From the NCBI GenBank assembly GCA_041398225.1, contig JAWKVD010000016.1:11177-75176 (forward strand): DNA of 64,000 bases, given 5' to 3'. The DNA comes from Hyphomonadaceae bacterium (GTDB lineage Bacteria; Pseudomonadota; Alphaproteobacteria; Caulobacterales; Hyphomonadaceae). How positions within the stretch are numbered: position 1 is the first letter of the stretch; every line of letters begins with the position of its first letter. Below the pieces are notes generated by a model. The model was given only the letters and a program-made list of their open reading frames with translations. It did no database searches and had not been told where the DNA came from. The position numbers and the translations under genes are program-made. Positions 17,193 through 25,131 of this stretch are shown piece by piece.

Positions 17193-18613
17193 CCAGGTCC
17201 AACATCCCCACGGTCACGCTGAAACACCCACCCGAGCAGTGTCTTCATTGTGTCTGGATCGCGTTCAGCGATCCGCCCAAACAGAAGTTGAAACTGCGCC
17301 ATGTGGCGACCACAAAAATCGGTACCTTCGCGCCCAACATCCGGTTCGCCCTGAACAATCGCGTGGTGAACCGGATCGGCGCCACAGTAAGGTACAAACG
17401 CGCAATCCCGACACCCATTCTGCCGCTCAGCGATAGCGCCTTTGGCCAACCACATCATCGCATCTGACGAAAGCATCTTATCGAGCGGCTGACTCACATC
17501 CCCCAGACGAAACCTTGCGTCGCCTGTCTCTGCCGCCATACGCGCCTCGTCCGACGGATAGACCCCGCCGTCATAGTTGTAGACGAGAACCCCAAGCCCA
17601 GCGCCCGCAGGCGAACGCAGATCCATATAGCCAGAATGGAACGGCGTCAGTATGTGGCGCAACATGATGGTCGCCGTAGTTTCCTCTATCCGGACGCCAG
17701 CCTCATTCAAGCGAAGAACATAATTCAGCGCTCGCTCATAAAACGTCATGAACTCGTCCACCGAGTATCCCAGCGACGCGCGCGTCTTGCGGGCAAACCC
17801 ATAGGGCGCAAGCGGTCTCAGAAAGATTGAGCCGAAGCCGGCCTCGACATAAGCGTCCACCACGTCCTCTGGCCGTGATAGAGCGGCCCGCGTGATTGTC
17901 GGAAGCGCCGCTACGCCGTGCTCTCCAAGAACCGCACGTGCGCGGCTGAGGGCTTCGATTGTGCTTTTCCAACTGTTGGATTTCGGAAGCACCCTCTGTG
18001 AAGCGTGAATGTCTTCCGGACCATCCAACGAGGTCGACAGATGCATCCGATGATCGCGGCAGAATTCCAGATCAGCCTGCGCCAACAAATGAAGCGTAGT
18101 CGCCATCGTGAACTGAACGACGCGATCTTCCTTTTCCGCGCGTAGTTCGGCCTCTTGCACAATCTCTCGCACCAAATCGAAGCGCAGTGCCGGTCCGCCC
18201 CCCTGAAACTCAATTGTCAGGGTCGAAGCATCGCTTTCAAAGACGCGATCAAGCGCCAGCATCGCATTCGCACGCGTCATGTCCTTGCCGGTTGCGTTCA
18301 ACGCCGCTCGCGAGACCTGACAGTATTGGCATGAATGATCACACCGCAAAGTGACCACGAATATGTGGAGCGAAGGGCCTTCGGTCAGGAACCCCTTGCG
18401 GGTTCGTTTAACGATGGCCGAAAGACCGTCCGTGGGGCCATGCCGCGATATAAGCCCACGCGCCTCGATATCGGCATATCTGGGATCGGACATCGCGAGA
18501 CGCCCCTCCTCCAGCGCGACATGAACCGCTTCCGGCACAATAACATACTCGCCGAGATCATTGGTGATCAGCACCGACCCAGGAATATGGACCAATGAGA
18601 TGGAACGCCTCAT
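17177..18613 (-). CDS. hxsB: Radical SAM/SPASM-like enzyme, HxsB-like
   Basis: Internal ATG (MRRSISLVHIPG...) of track ORF 17177..18775, preceded by GAGGGAA. CDHSCQYCQV is a CX3CX2C motif. The C-terminal Cys-rich segment is NGCRDCAFVPYCGADP...DFCGRH. The upstream 54 codons of the track ORF look like non-coding read-through. Confidence 0.75.
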   Translation of the reverse strand: MRRSISLVHIPGSVLITNDLGEYVIVPEAVHVALEEGRLAMSDPRYADIEARGLISRHGPTDGLSAIVKRTRKGFLTEGPSLHIFVVTLRCDHSCQYCQVSRAALNATGKDMTRANAMLALDRVFESDASTLTIEFQGGGPALRFDLVREIVQEAELRAEKEDRVVQFTMATTLHLLAQADLEFCRDHRMHLSTSLDGPEDIHASQRVLPKSNSWKSTIEALSRARAVLGEHGVAALPTITRAALSRPEDVVDAYVEAGFGSIFLRPLAPYGFARKTRASLGYSVDEFMTFYERALNYVLRLNEAGVRIEETTATIMLRHILTPFHSGYMDLRSPAGAGLGVLVYNYDGGVYPSDEARMAAETGDARFRLGDVSQPLDKMLSSDAMMWLAKGAIAERQNGCRDCAFVPYCGADPVHHAIVQGEPDVGREGTDFCGRHMAQFQLLFGRIAERDPDTMKTLLGWVFQRDRGDVGPGWVEH

Positions 18614-18813
18614 ATACCGGCATTCCCTCAGAGTCTTTTCACGGCTTGAAACTGCATGCGCCCCCCCGTTCCCAGAGGCGTACATTGATACAAATGGCTC
18701 ACAAGGTCCAGATTTCCGTATCGGAAGCTGTCTCGTATCCCAAGGGATGCGGTCTCCGATCAAGCGCATACCCACCTTCTATCGACGTCAATCCCCAATG
18801 CGAAAATGACGAA

Positions 18814-18900
18814 CAAGGCCGCGGCGACAGAAACGAACCAGTTCAGGTTCAGACACTCGCCGCGGCACGATCGATTGGACGATTCAATATGCGCATTGTC
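18814..18900 (-). mobile_element. About 90-bp remnant of an IS3-family (rve integrase C-terminal) transposase gene
   Basis: The minus-strand frame reads DNAHIESSNRSCRGECLNLNWFVSVAAA. This resembles the conserved ...QNAxIESFNxxxRxECLNxxWF... block of DDE/rve transposases. No flanking transposase sequence remains. Confidence 0.45.
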
Positions 18901-19172
18901 AGCATGTCGGAAGCGCGCTTCACCTCCACCAACACAGGCACGCCGTTGTCGTCCAGAAACAGATGGTCGAGCGACCAACGCCCCCCGCCGCTCAGCTCGT
19001 CAGGCACTGGGGCTTCGCGCCGAACCAGCAGAAGCTTCTCAGCGCCATCATGGGCCAAGACCTTGGGATGGTCCGCGATCAACCGCTGAAGCAAATCCTT
19101 GGTCGCATACTCCGTACGCGGAATCTCCGTGAAAGTACCGTCCTTGCCCACGACAAACACTGTTGAGGTCAC
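18849..19172 (-). pseudogene. N-terminal fragment of a PD-(D/E)xK (RecB/NucS-like) nuclease-fold protein, truncated at the IS scar
   Basis: GTG at 19172 follows GGAG. VTSTVFVVGKDGTFTEI...RWSLDHLFLDDNGVPVLVEVKRASD carries a D...EVK nuclease-like motif, then runs into unrelated sequence and a stop. The upstream 155 codons of track ORF 18849..19640 are antisense to the neighbouring gene. Confidence 0.4.
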
Positions 19173-19195
19173 CAAGCTCCTCCCTTTACGCCCCC

Positions 19196-20221
19196 CTATC
19201 CGAGAACGGCCTCGATGCGCCCGGCACTGGCGGGCAGCTTTGCGAGGCTCGCTTCGATCCTGCTCCGCCATTTCGGTCCGCGGCTGACGGCGTCCTCGTA
19301 GGCGTCTCGCAGCTCGTCCGGGCGTAGGTCCGTCAGAACCGCGATAAGGAAGTCGGCCTGCGCCCGGTCCTTGCGAGCTTTCATGACATCCGATCCGCCC
19401 TGCCGCGGCTCGGCGACGATGAGCTTGTGAATGGCGTAACGCTCGGGACGCGGGATGCTCACCAACACGCCCGACCGGTAGAGCGACACCGCCTGTATGG
19501 GGTCCTCCAGCAAGTAGCCAAGGTGACGCAATGCCTGCGCGCTGACGCCAAGCGCAGGGAGATCCCGCACGCCCTCCTTGCCTTCCGCCGGCATCAGGAA
19601 TTCCACCAGCGCTTCGCTGTTGCTCTGCGCCCACCGCCACGTCTTGCGATTGCCAAGCGACGGCACGGGGGCGAACTTAAGCTCGGCGAACACATCAGCT
19701 AACGGGGTCTCCACCACATCTCCGATGGCGAAGGACAAACGCTCGAAGCTGGCGATGTCGAGATCGTTCGTCTGCGCCAGCTGGTCGAACCCCAACGCTA
19801 CGCCCAGTTCTCCCTCGTAGTGTCGGAAGGCGACGGTACCCACGAGCGTACCGCCCAGCCGGAATACGCCAGCGTTGGAGAAGGCGGACAAGAGACTCCC
19901 GGTTTTCTGGTCGACCGACGCATAGCCCTCCGCCCGAAGCACGCGGACCAGACGGGTGCGCTCTTTGCGGCGCGCCTCGCGCTCCGCCTTCAGCTGATCA
20001 AGCTTCTGCAAGCGTTCGCGCAGGTCGGGCGTGTCGGGGCCGATATAGCGCTGGGCCATTTCATTGCCGACGCGGTACTTGTCATACCAAAATGATCGCC
20101 CCCTGACGGTCACTTTAGTCGGTGCGCCGCGAATGTTGGGGGCCTGATCGTCCTGCAGCATGCGCCGCAGGTCGTGGTAGGCCGAAGTCCCGACCTGGCT
20201 GTGGTATCGAATGCCGCTCAT
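19196..20221 (-). CDS. Nucleotidyltransferase-fold protein of the GSU2403 type (AbiEii/MNT-like superfamily)
   Basis: VTVRGRSFWYDKYRVGNEMAQRYIGPDTP... and SNAGVFRLGGTLVGTVAFRHYEGELGV match my recollection of the GSU2403-family signature. ATG 20221 is preferred over the TTG at 20236 used by the track. Confidence 0.55.
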   Translation of the reverse strand: MSGIRYHSQVGTSAYHDLRRMLQDDQAPNIRGAPTKVTVRGRSFWYDKYRVGNEMAQRYIGPDTPDLRERLQKLDQLKAEREARRKERTRLVRVLRAEGYASVDQKTGSLLSAFSNAGVFRLGGTLVGTVAFRHYEGELGVALGFDQLAQTNDLDIASFERLSFAIGDVVETPLADVFAELKFAPVPSLGNRKTWRWAQSNSEALVEFLMPAEGKEGVRDLPALGVSAQALRHLGYLLEDPIQAVSLYRSGVLVSIPRPERYAIHKLIVAEPRQGGSDVMKARKDRAQADFLIAVLTDLRPDELRDAYEDAVSRGPKWRSRIEASLAKLPASAGRIEAVLG

Positions 20222-20229
20222 ATCGCTAT

Positions 20230-20254
20230 ACAGCAAAAATATCTTTTGCTGTAC
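20230..20254. promoter_or_regulatory. Perfect 10-5-10 palindrome TACAGCAAAA-ATATC-TTTTGCTGTA
   Basis: Read directly from the sequence. It lies 9-33 nt upstream of the ATG at 20221, in an AT-rich patch, with a TTGTAC hexamer just upstream on the minus strand. Confidence 0.4.
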
Positions 20255-20469
20255 AATAGCTCAGTAGCCTGCCCCACCGAGGTGGTCCGGCGTGAAGCTA
20301 GACACGGCATCCTGCCGGCCCTGCGGTGTCTTGCGCTGTGTCGATCGGTGCTGGCCCACGCGGGCCAAGCCGCGCACTCCGAAACGCCCAGCTACTTCAC
20401 CACGGGGTCGATACATGCACCAATACGATGTGCGGACAATGGGTTACGGGATCAGCGGTGCCGTCGCTT

Positions 20470-21120
20470 CTATCTTGCTTTCGCGCTTTCCAGCGCTGCC
20501 TCTAAGAACCCCCTTGCCGATCCGGCCTGCACTGCTTTTGCAAGGCCGCAACCGAAGGCACGCATGGCCTCCTCCCATTCGGGCATCGGCGCCAACTTCG
20601 GTAGCGGGCAGTGCTGCATCCGTTCGCAGCAATCGAGGGCGTCGGTGTCGCGGCCAAGCCAAGCATAGAGGATCGCGAGCATCGCCATACTATTAGCGGT
20701 GTCGGGCATCGAGGCTGCCTCAGCCTCACACAATGCCAGCACCTCGACAAAGTCTAACGGCTTGCGGATATCGGGCCGGAACTGTTCCTCCATCGCAGCC
20801 AGCGTGTCGGCAAACTTACGATCGTGCCAACGATGTTCGATCTCGCGGTGCTTCACGTCCAGGACCTGAGGCAACATCCGAACATGCGCCTCGGGCAATA
20901 CCAACGAACTCATTCCATGCGTGGGCCGATAGGCAGCGGAACTCATTTTTTGGAACCAGATCATCTGCTGGATCGGACCAGAACGACGTACAAATGCAGT
21001 CCCATCAACAAAAATTGCCCACTCAGGGAAGCTCGCGGCATACTCCGAGACGACAGCTTTAAGCTGCGTTTTGGTCATCGAAGTGTATTTTTTGAGCAAG
21101 GTCGCTCGCTTGTCATTCAT
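20470..21120 (-). CDS. Hypothetical protein (216 aa)
   Basis: Long ORF with balanced composition and an ATG start. No motif recognised. Confidence 0.5.
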   Translation of the reverse strand: MNDKRATLLKKYTSMTKTQLKAVVSEYAASFPEWAIFVDGTAFVRRSGPIQQMIWFQKMSSAAYRPTHGMSSLVLPEAHVRMLPQVLDVKHREIEHRWHDRKFADTLAAMEEQFRPDIRKPLDFVEVLALCEAEAASMPDTANSMAMLAILYAWLGRDTDALDCCERMQHCPLPKLAPMPEWEEAMRAFGCGLAKAVQAGSARGFLEAALESAKAR

Positions 21121-21199
21121 GGTTTCACCACAAGAATGGGAACATTGGCTCTGGTCTGAGCCCCTCGGATCCCAGGTTCTTTCGGAGAGTCCAAGGGTT

Positions 21200-22017
21200 T
21201 CATAGCTCAGGTTTTCTCAGTTCGCGAGCGCGCGGGATGCCGCTTAGGGCTGAGTGGGGTCGCACATGGTTGTAGTCGTGGCGCCATACGGCCAGCGCCT
21301 TGCGGGCGTGGCCAAGGCCGTCGAACACCTCCTCGTTCAAGAATTCATCCCTCAGCCGGGCATTGAAGCTTTCGCTGAAGCCGTTCTGCTGCGGCTTACC
21401 CGGCGTGATGTAATGCCAGCCGACACCACTTTCGTTCCACCATTCGAGGATAGCGTGACTGGCCAGCTCCGTCCCATTGTCGCTGACCACCAGGTCCGGC
21501 TTGCCGTAGAGCCGGATCACGGCGTCCAGCTCTCGCGCCACCCGATAGCCGGAGAGGGAGGTGTCGGCCACCAACACCAGGCACTCCCTGGTGTAGTCGT
21601 CGATCACCGCAAGGATGCGCAACCGACGACTGATCCCGAACGTGTCGACGAGGAAGTCGAGGCTCCAGCGCTTCGTCGGACCGACCGGTAGAGCCATCGA
21701 CTCGCGAGTCCCCGTCGCCCGCTTGCGGCCCCTTCGTCGTTTCACGGCCAGCCCATCCTCGCGGTGAGGCGCCTCAGCTTCTTGTGGTTCATGACGATGC
21801 CATCCCGTTCGAGCATCAGGCCGATGCGGCGATAACCAAAGTGCCGGCGCTCGCTCGCCACTTTCTTCATACGCGCGCGGATCTCCGGATTGCCCGGCTC
21901 CGGCTCGCGTCTCACTGTCTTGGGATCGACGCTGACCCGTCGGCAGGCGCGACGTTGGGAGATGTCGTGCCTGGCCATCGCCTTCAACGCCGCATCCCGC
22001 TTCCGCTGGGGCATCAT
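21200..22017 (-). pseudogene. IS407-like orfB (DDE/rve transposase) split by a frameshift
   Basis: Track ORFs 21742..22017 (...[26 protein letters not shown]) and 21200..21745 (KRRRGRKRA...DDYTRECL...SDNGTELAS...[23 protein letters not shown]) are consecutive parts of one transposase in different frames. The shift is near 21745-21765. Confidence 0.8.
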
Positions 22018-22279
22018 CAGCTCTTTCCCAGGAGGTCTTTCAGGACGGTGTCGTCCAGCATCGCGTCCGCTAGCGTCCGCTTCAGTCGCCCGTTCTCGAT
22101 CTCGAGCAGCTTCAGCTTGCGGGCGTCAGTGATGTCCCGACCGCCATATTTGCTTTGAATTTGTAGAAAGTCGCCGTGCTCAGCCCGTGCTTGCGACAGA
22201 CGTCCGCTGTCGGCACGCCGCACTCCTGCTCGGCCAGGATCGCGATGATCTGTCCTTCGGCAAATCGGCTCTCCCGCAT
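22017..22279 (-). pseudogene. IS407-like orfA (HTH transposase subunit) with a 1-nt frameshift
   Basis: From ATG 22279 the frame reads [43 protein letters not shown], then shifts at GCAAATATGGCGG (about 22150-22165). The C-terminal ...[43 protein letters not shown] is in the other frame (track ORF 22017..22307). Confidence 0.75.
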
Positions 22280-22338
22280 GTCCGTCTCCAGGTGACGGAC
22301 TCTCCATTCAAACGAGGGACCATGCGGGGCTCAGGTCA

Positions 22339-22536
22339 CGCACAGCATGGCCCGTCGTCTCGCCCTTGCTTAACCGCACCTCGATCTCCCGAAGGTGCGC
22401 GTTCGCGCCGCGCTCGAACCGATGGCGCGCAGGCGCTCACTCTCTTCGGGCTTGAAGGTCCTACGGCCCATGTTTCAACTCCTCATGTGGAGCCGGACTA
22501 ACTCAAGCTTCGGGCCACTTTCAGGGGATCAGACCA
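22339..22536 (-). mobile_element. 5' end (IR plus first ~45 codons of orfA) of a second IS3-family element, cut by the IS407-like insertion
   Basis: The minus strand reads TGGTCTGATCCCCTGAAAGTGGCCCGAAGCTTGAGTTAGTCCGGCTCCACATGAGGAGTTGAAACATGGGCCG..., near-identical to 47715<-47520. Homology stops exactly at 22339, where the IS407-like IR begins. Confidence 0.65.
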
Positions 22537-22608
22537 GCAGCAATTCGCCGAAAGCAGACATGGACCTATTTCGCACAGACCTGTGCGATTTTGGCTGCGA
22601 GCAGAACC

Positions 22609-23352
22609 TCAATGGTTGGCAAATACTGGCTCAGAGAGAGCCGCGCAGGCGTTCAACAGGCTTTCGACGATCTTGTCCTGCTTCACGCCTGATAGTCTCG
22701 TCTTTGGACCTGTGATCGAGATTGACGCGAAGGCGTGACCACTTCGATCAAGACCCGGCCCCGCGATCCCCATGATGCCGGGGGTTCGCGTGCTCTCCGA
22801 AATTGCGTATCCGCGTGACCGGGTCTCCGACAGCTCGTTCGCAATCGCGCGAACGCTTATCTTGCGGTCGCCGGGGTATAATTTGACTGTCCGCGCGATG
22901 ATTTCCGGCGCGCTCTCATGATAGGCGAGGATTGCCCGGCCGGCCGCGGTAAGCGCCGCGGGCGAGCGGCTTCCAGGCTCTGTCAGGAAGCGCATCGGGC
23001 GCGGGGAATGGAGTTTGTCGAGATAGATGATGTCGTCGCCGGCGAGAATTGTCAGGTTTACCGTCTCACCAGTCGTTCCATGCAACTGATGTAGGATCGG
23101 CGCGGCTGCCCGCCGAACGGGGTGCACCGCCAGCACCCCGACACCCAACTCCCAAATCTTCAGAGTCGCGGAGTATCTGCCGGAACTCTCTTCCTGCTCC
23201 ACATAGCCAAGCGCGAGAAGTGTCCGCAGCAACCGGTGCAGGTTACTCTTCTGAAGAGCGAGCTGGTTTGACAAGTCCGAGAGCCTGACCGGCCCGCCGG
23301 CGCGCGCCAGCGCCTCCAACACCCGCATACCTTTGACGATGGTTGTATCCAT
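22609..23352 (-). CDS. IclR-family transcriptional regulator
   Basis: Internal ATG (MDTTIVKGMRVLEALARAGGPVRLSDLSNQLALQKSNLHRLLRTLLALGYVEQ...) shows a typical IclR winged HTH plus effector domain. Confidence 0.85.
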   Translation of the reverse strand: MDTTIVKGMRVLEALARAGGPVRLSDLSNQLALQKSNLHRLLRTLLALGYVEQEESSGRYSATLKIWELGVGVLAVHPVRRAAAPILHQLHGTTGETVNLTILAGDDIIYLDKLHSPRPMRFLTEPGSRSPAALTAAGRAILAYHESAPEIIARTVKLYPGDRKISVRAIANELSETRSRGYAISESTRTPGIMGIAGPGLDRSGHAFASISITGPKTRLSGVKQDKIVESLLNACAALSEPVFANH

Positions 23353-23518
23353 CGCGTTCCGATATATGGAAAACGAACACCGCTCAAGCGGCAGGGAGCA
23401 GCCCATCGTGTTTCAGTATTCAGAACTCTTTTCTGATCGAGCGCTTGCCGATATAGCGAGTTGAATTCACCGAGCTGGATGGCGTCCCTGTTCCGCTCGC
23501 CGAGGGAGGGACTCCATC

Positions 23519-25131
23519 ATGCACCGTCACGTCATTTCGCGCAGAAGCCTCATCCTAGCAGCTGGCGCCTCGGCAGCGACGCTCGGCGCGTGTGCATCGA
23601 CGCGTCGCACCTTGGAGCCCGGCGTCGTGGAAACGGCCGCAGGCCGCTACCGTGGACGTGTTGTCGAGGGCGTGCAGGTATTCAAGGGCATGCGCTATGG
23701 CGCCTCGACCGCGGGACAGGCCGGTTCATGCCGCCCCGTGCGCCCGAGCCATTTGCAGGTGTCCTTGACGCTTTCGAGTACGGCGACCAGACGCCTCAGG
23801 CGCGGGGCGGTCTGGCGGCCGACACCGCCATGAGCGAAGACTGTCTGCGGATCAATGTGTGGACGCCGGACGCCAGCCGCGACCGCAAGCGTCCGGTCCT
23901 GCTGTGGTTCCATGGCGGCGGTTTCGAAGCCGGTTCCGGCTCGAGCGCGCTCTATGACGGAACCCACATGGCCAAGCGCGGCGATGTCGTGGTCTGCACG
24001 ATCAATCACCGGCTGAACGTATTCGGTTTCTGCGACCTCTCCCAACATCTCGGCGAGGACTTCGCCCAGTCCGGCAATGTCGGCTATCTCGATCTGGTCC
24101 GCTCCATGGAATGGGTTCGGGAAAACATCGAAGCCTTCGGCGGCGATCCGGACAACATCATGATCTATGGCCAGTCCGGCGGCGGCAGGAAGGTCAGCGT
24201 GTGCTTTGCAGGCGCTGCCTCCTCGGGTCTCTTCGCCAAGGGCGTGGTGCAGTCCGGCTCGCACAACCGCGTGCAAACGCGTGAACAATCGAATGCGCTG
24301 ACCGCCTCGCTGCTGGCCGAGTTGCAGATCGACCCGTCGAACGCCCGGTCGTTGCAGGACGTTCCGTGGGAGAAACTGAGCGAGGTGCAGCGCAAGGTGA
24401 TCGGGGCGGCCGGATACCGCTTCGAGCCCAATCTCGATGGCATCAACTTCACTGAACACCCTTTCATTCCCAACGCGCCTCGTCGCACGGCCCAGGTCCC
24501 GATGGTGCTGGGCACAACCCGCACCGAGCTTTCGAACCAGCTCGGGCGCGACCCATCCATCTACACGATCGACGCCGCCGGCCTGAAGGAGCGCATCTCG
24601 CGGTTCTATCCCGAGGAGGAGGTGGACGAAGCCATCGCCGTCTTCACGGAAAGCAACCCGGCGGCGTCTCCGACCGAGCTCTTCTTCATCATGACCTCGT
24701 GGCGGTCCTACATCCTCAACGCGACGGTCATGGCCGAGAAGCGCGCCGAACTGAACGGCGCGAACAACCCGACGTGGATGTATCAGGTGACGTGGAAGTC
24801 GCCAACGGAAGGCGGAAGGCGCTACAGCCAGCACACGCTCGACCTGCCCTTCATGTTCGACAATGTCGACAAGGCGCCTAACCTCACCGGCCCCGAAACT
24901 GATGAGACGCGCGCCATGGCGGACTACATGGCCAATGCCTGGATCGCCTTCGCCCGCAATGGCGACCCCAATCATGACGGCTTGCCCCCCTGGCCGACCT
25001 ACGATCTCGCCTCGCGCACGGTTATGCAGTTCGAAACGCCAGCGGTCGCCGTCAGCGACCCGTTCCGTAGCGAGCGCCTGTACATGAGCGAGTACGACTC
25101 GGTGAGGGCGACTGCCCGGCGCGACGGCTAG
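23519..25131 (+). pseudogene. Type-B carboxylesterase/lipase (para-nitrobenzyl-esterase-like) with Tat/lipoprotein signal, interrupted by a frameshift near 23712-23722
   Basis: Frame 2 (track ORF 23519..23833) gives MHRHVISRRSLILAAGASAATLGACAS...VQVFKGMRYGASTAG. Frame 1 (track ORF 23461..25131) continues RFMPPRAPEPFAGVLDA...EDCLRINVWTP...LLWFHGGGFEAGS...IYGQSGGG. The frame-1 N-terminus upstream of the junction is compositionally junk. Confidence 0.7.

Larger units (their letters stand above)
21153..22338 (-). mobile_element. IS3-family (IS407-like) insertion sequence, about 1.19 kb, with both ORFs frameshifted
   Basis: Terminal inverted repeats are TGGTCTGAGCCCCTCGG (21153->) and TGACCTGAGCCCCGCATGG (22338<-). 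orfA and orfB are recognisable on the minus strand. The element interrupts another IS remnant at 22338/22339. Confidence 0.8.

Noticed and set aside
19173-19640. Upstream 155 codons of track ORF 18849..19640 (263 aa).
   Set aside because: It is antisense to the nucleotidyltransferase gene and Arg/Gly-rich. Only the last ~107 codons (from GTG 19172, preceded by GGAG) look like protein.
23695-24975. A 426-aa minus-strand ORF antisense to the carboxylesterase. Similar long antisense or off-frame ORFs: 28662..29987(+), 33325..34152(-), 36772..37827(-), 39921..40844(-), 49188..50090(+), 51052..51951(+), 59167..60288(+), 60576..61484(+), 62661..63488(-), 26633..27505(-).
   Set aside because: They are Arg/Gly/Ala/Pro-rich with no motifs. 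Each lies fully opposite, or out of frame with, a gene that has strong family signatures. These are the typical shadow ORFs of high-GC DNA.
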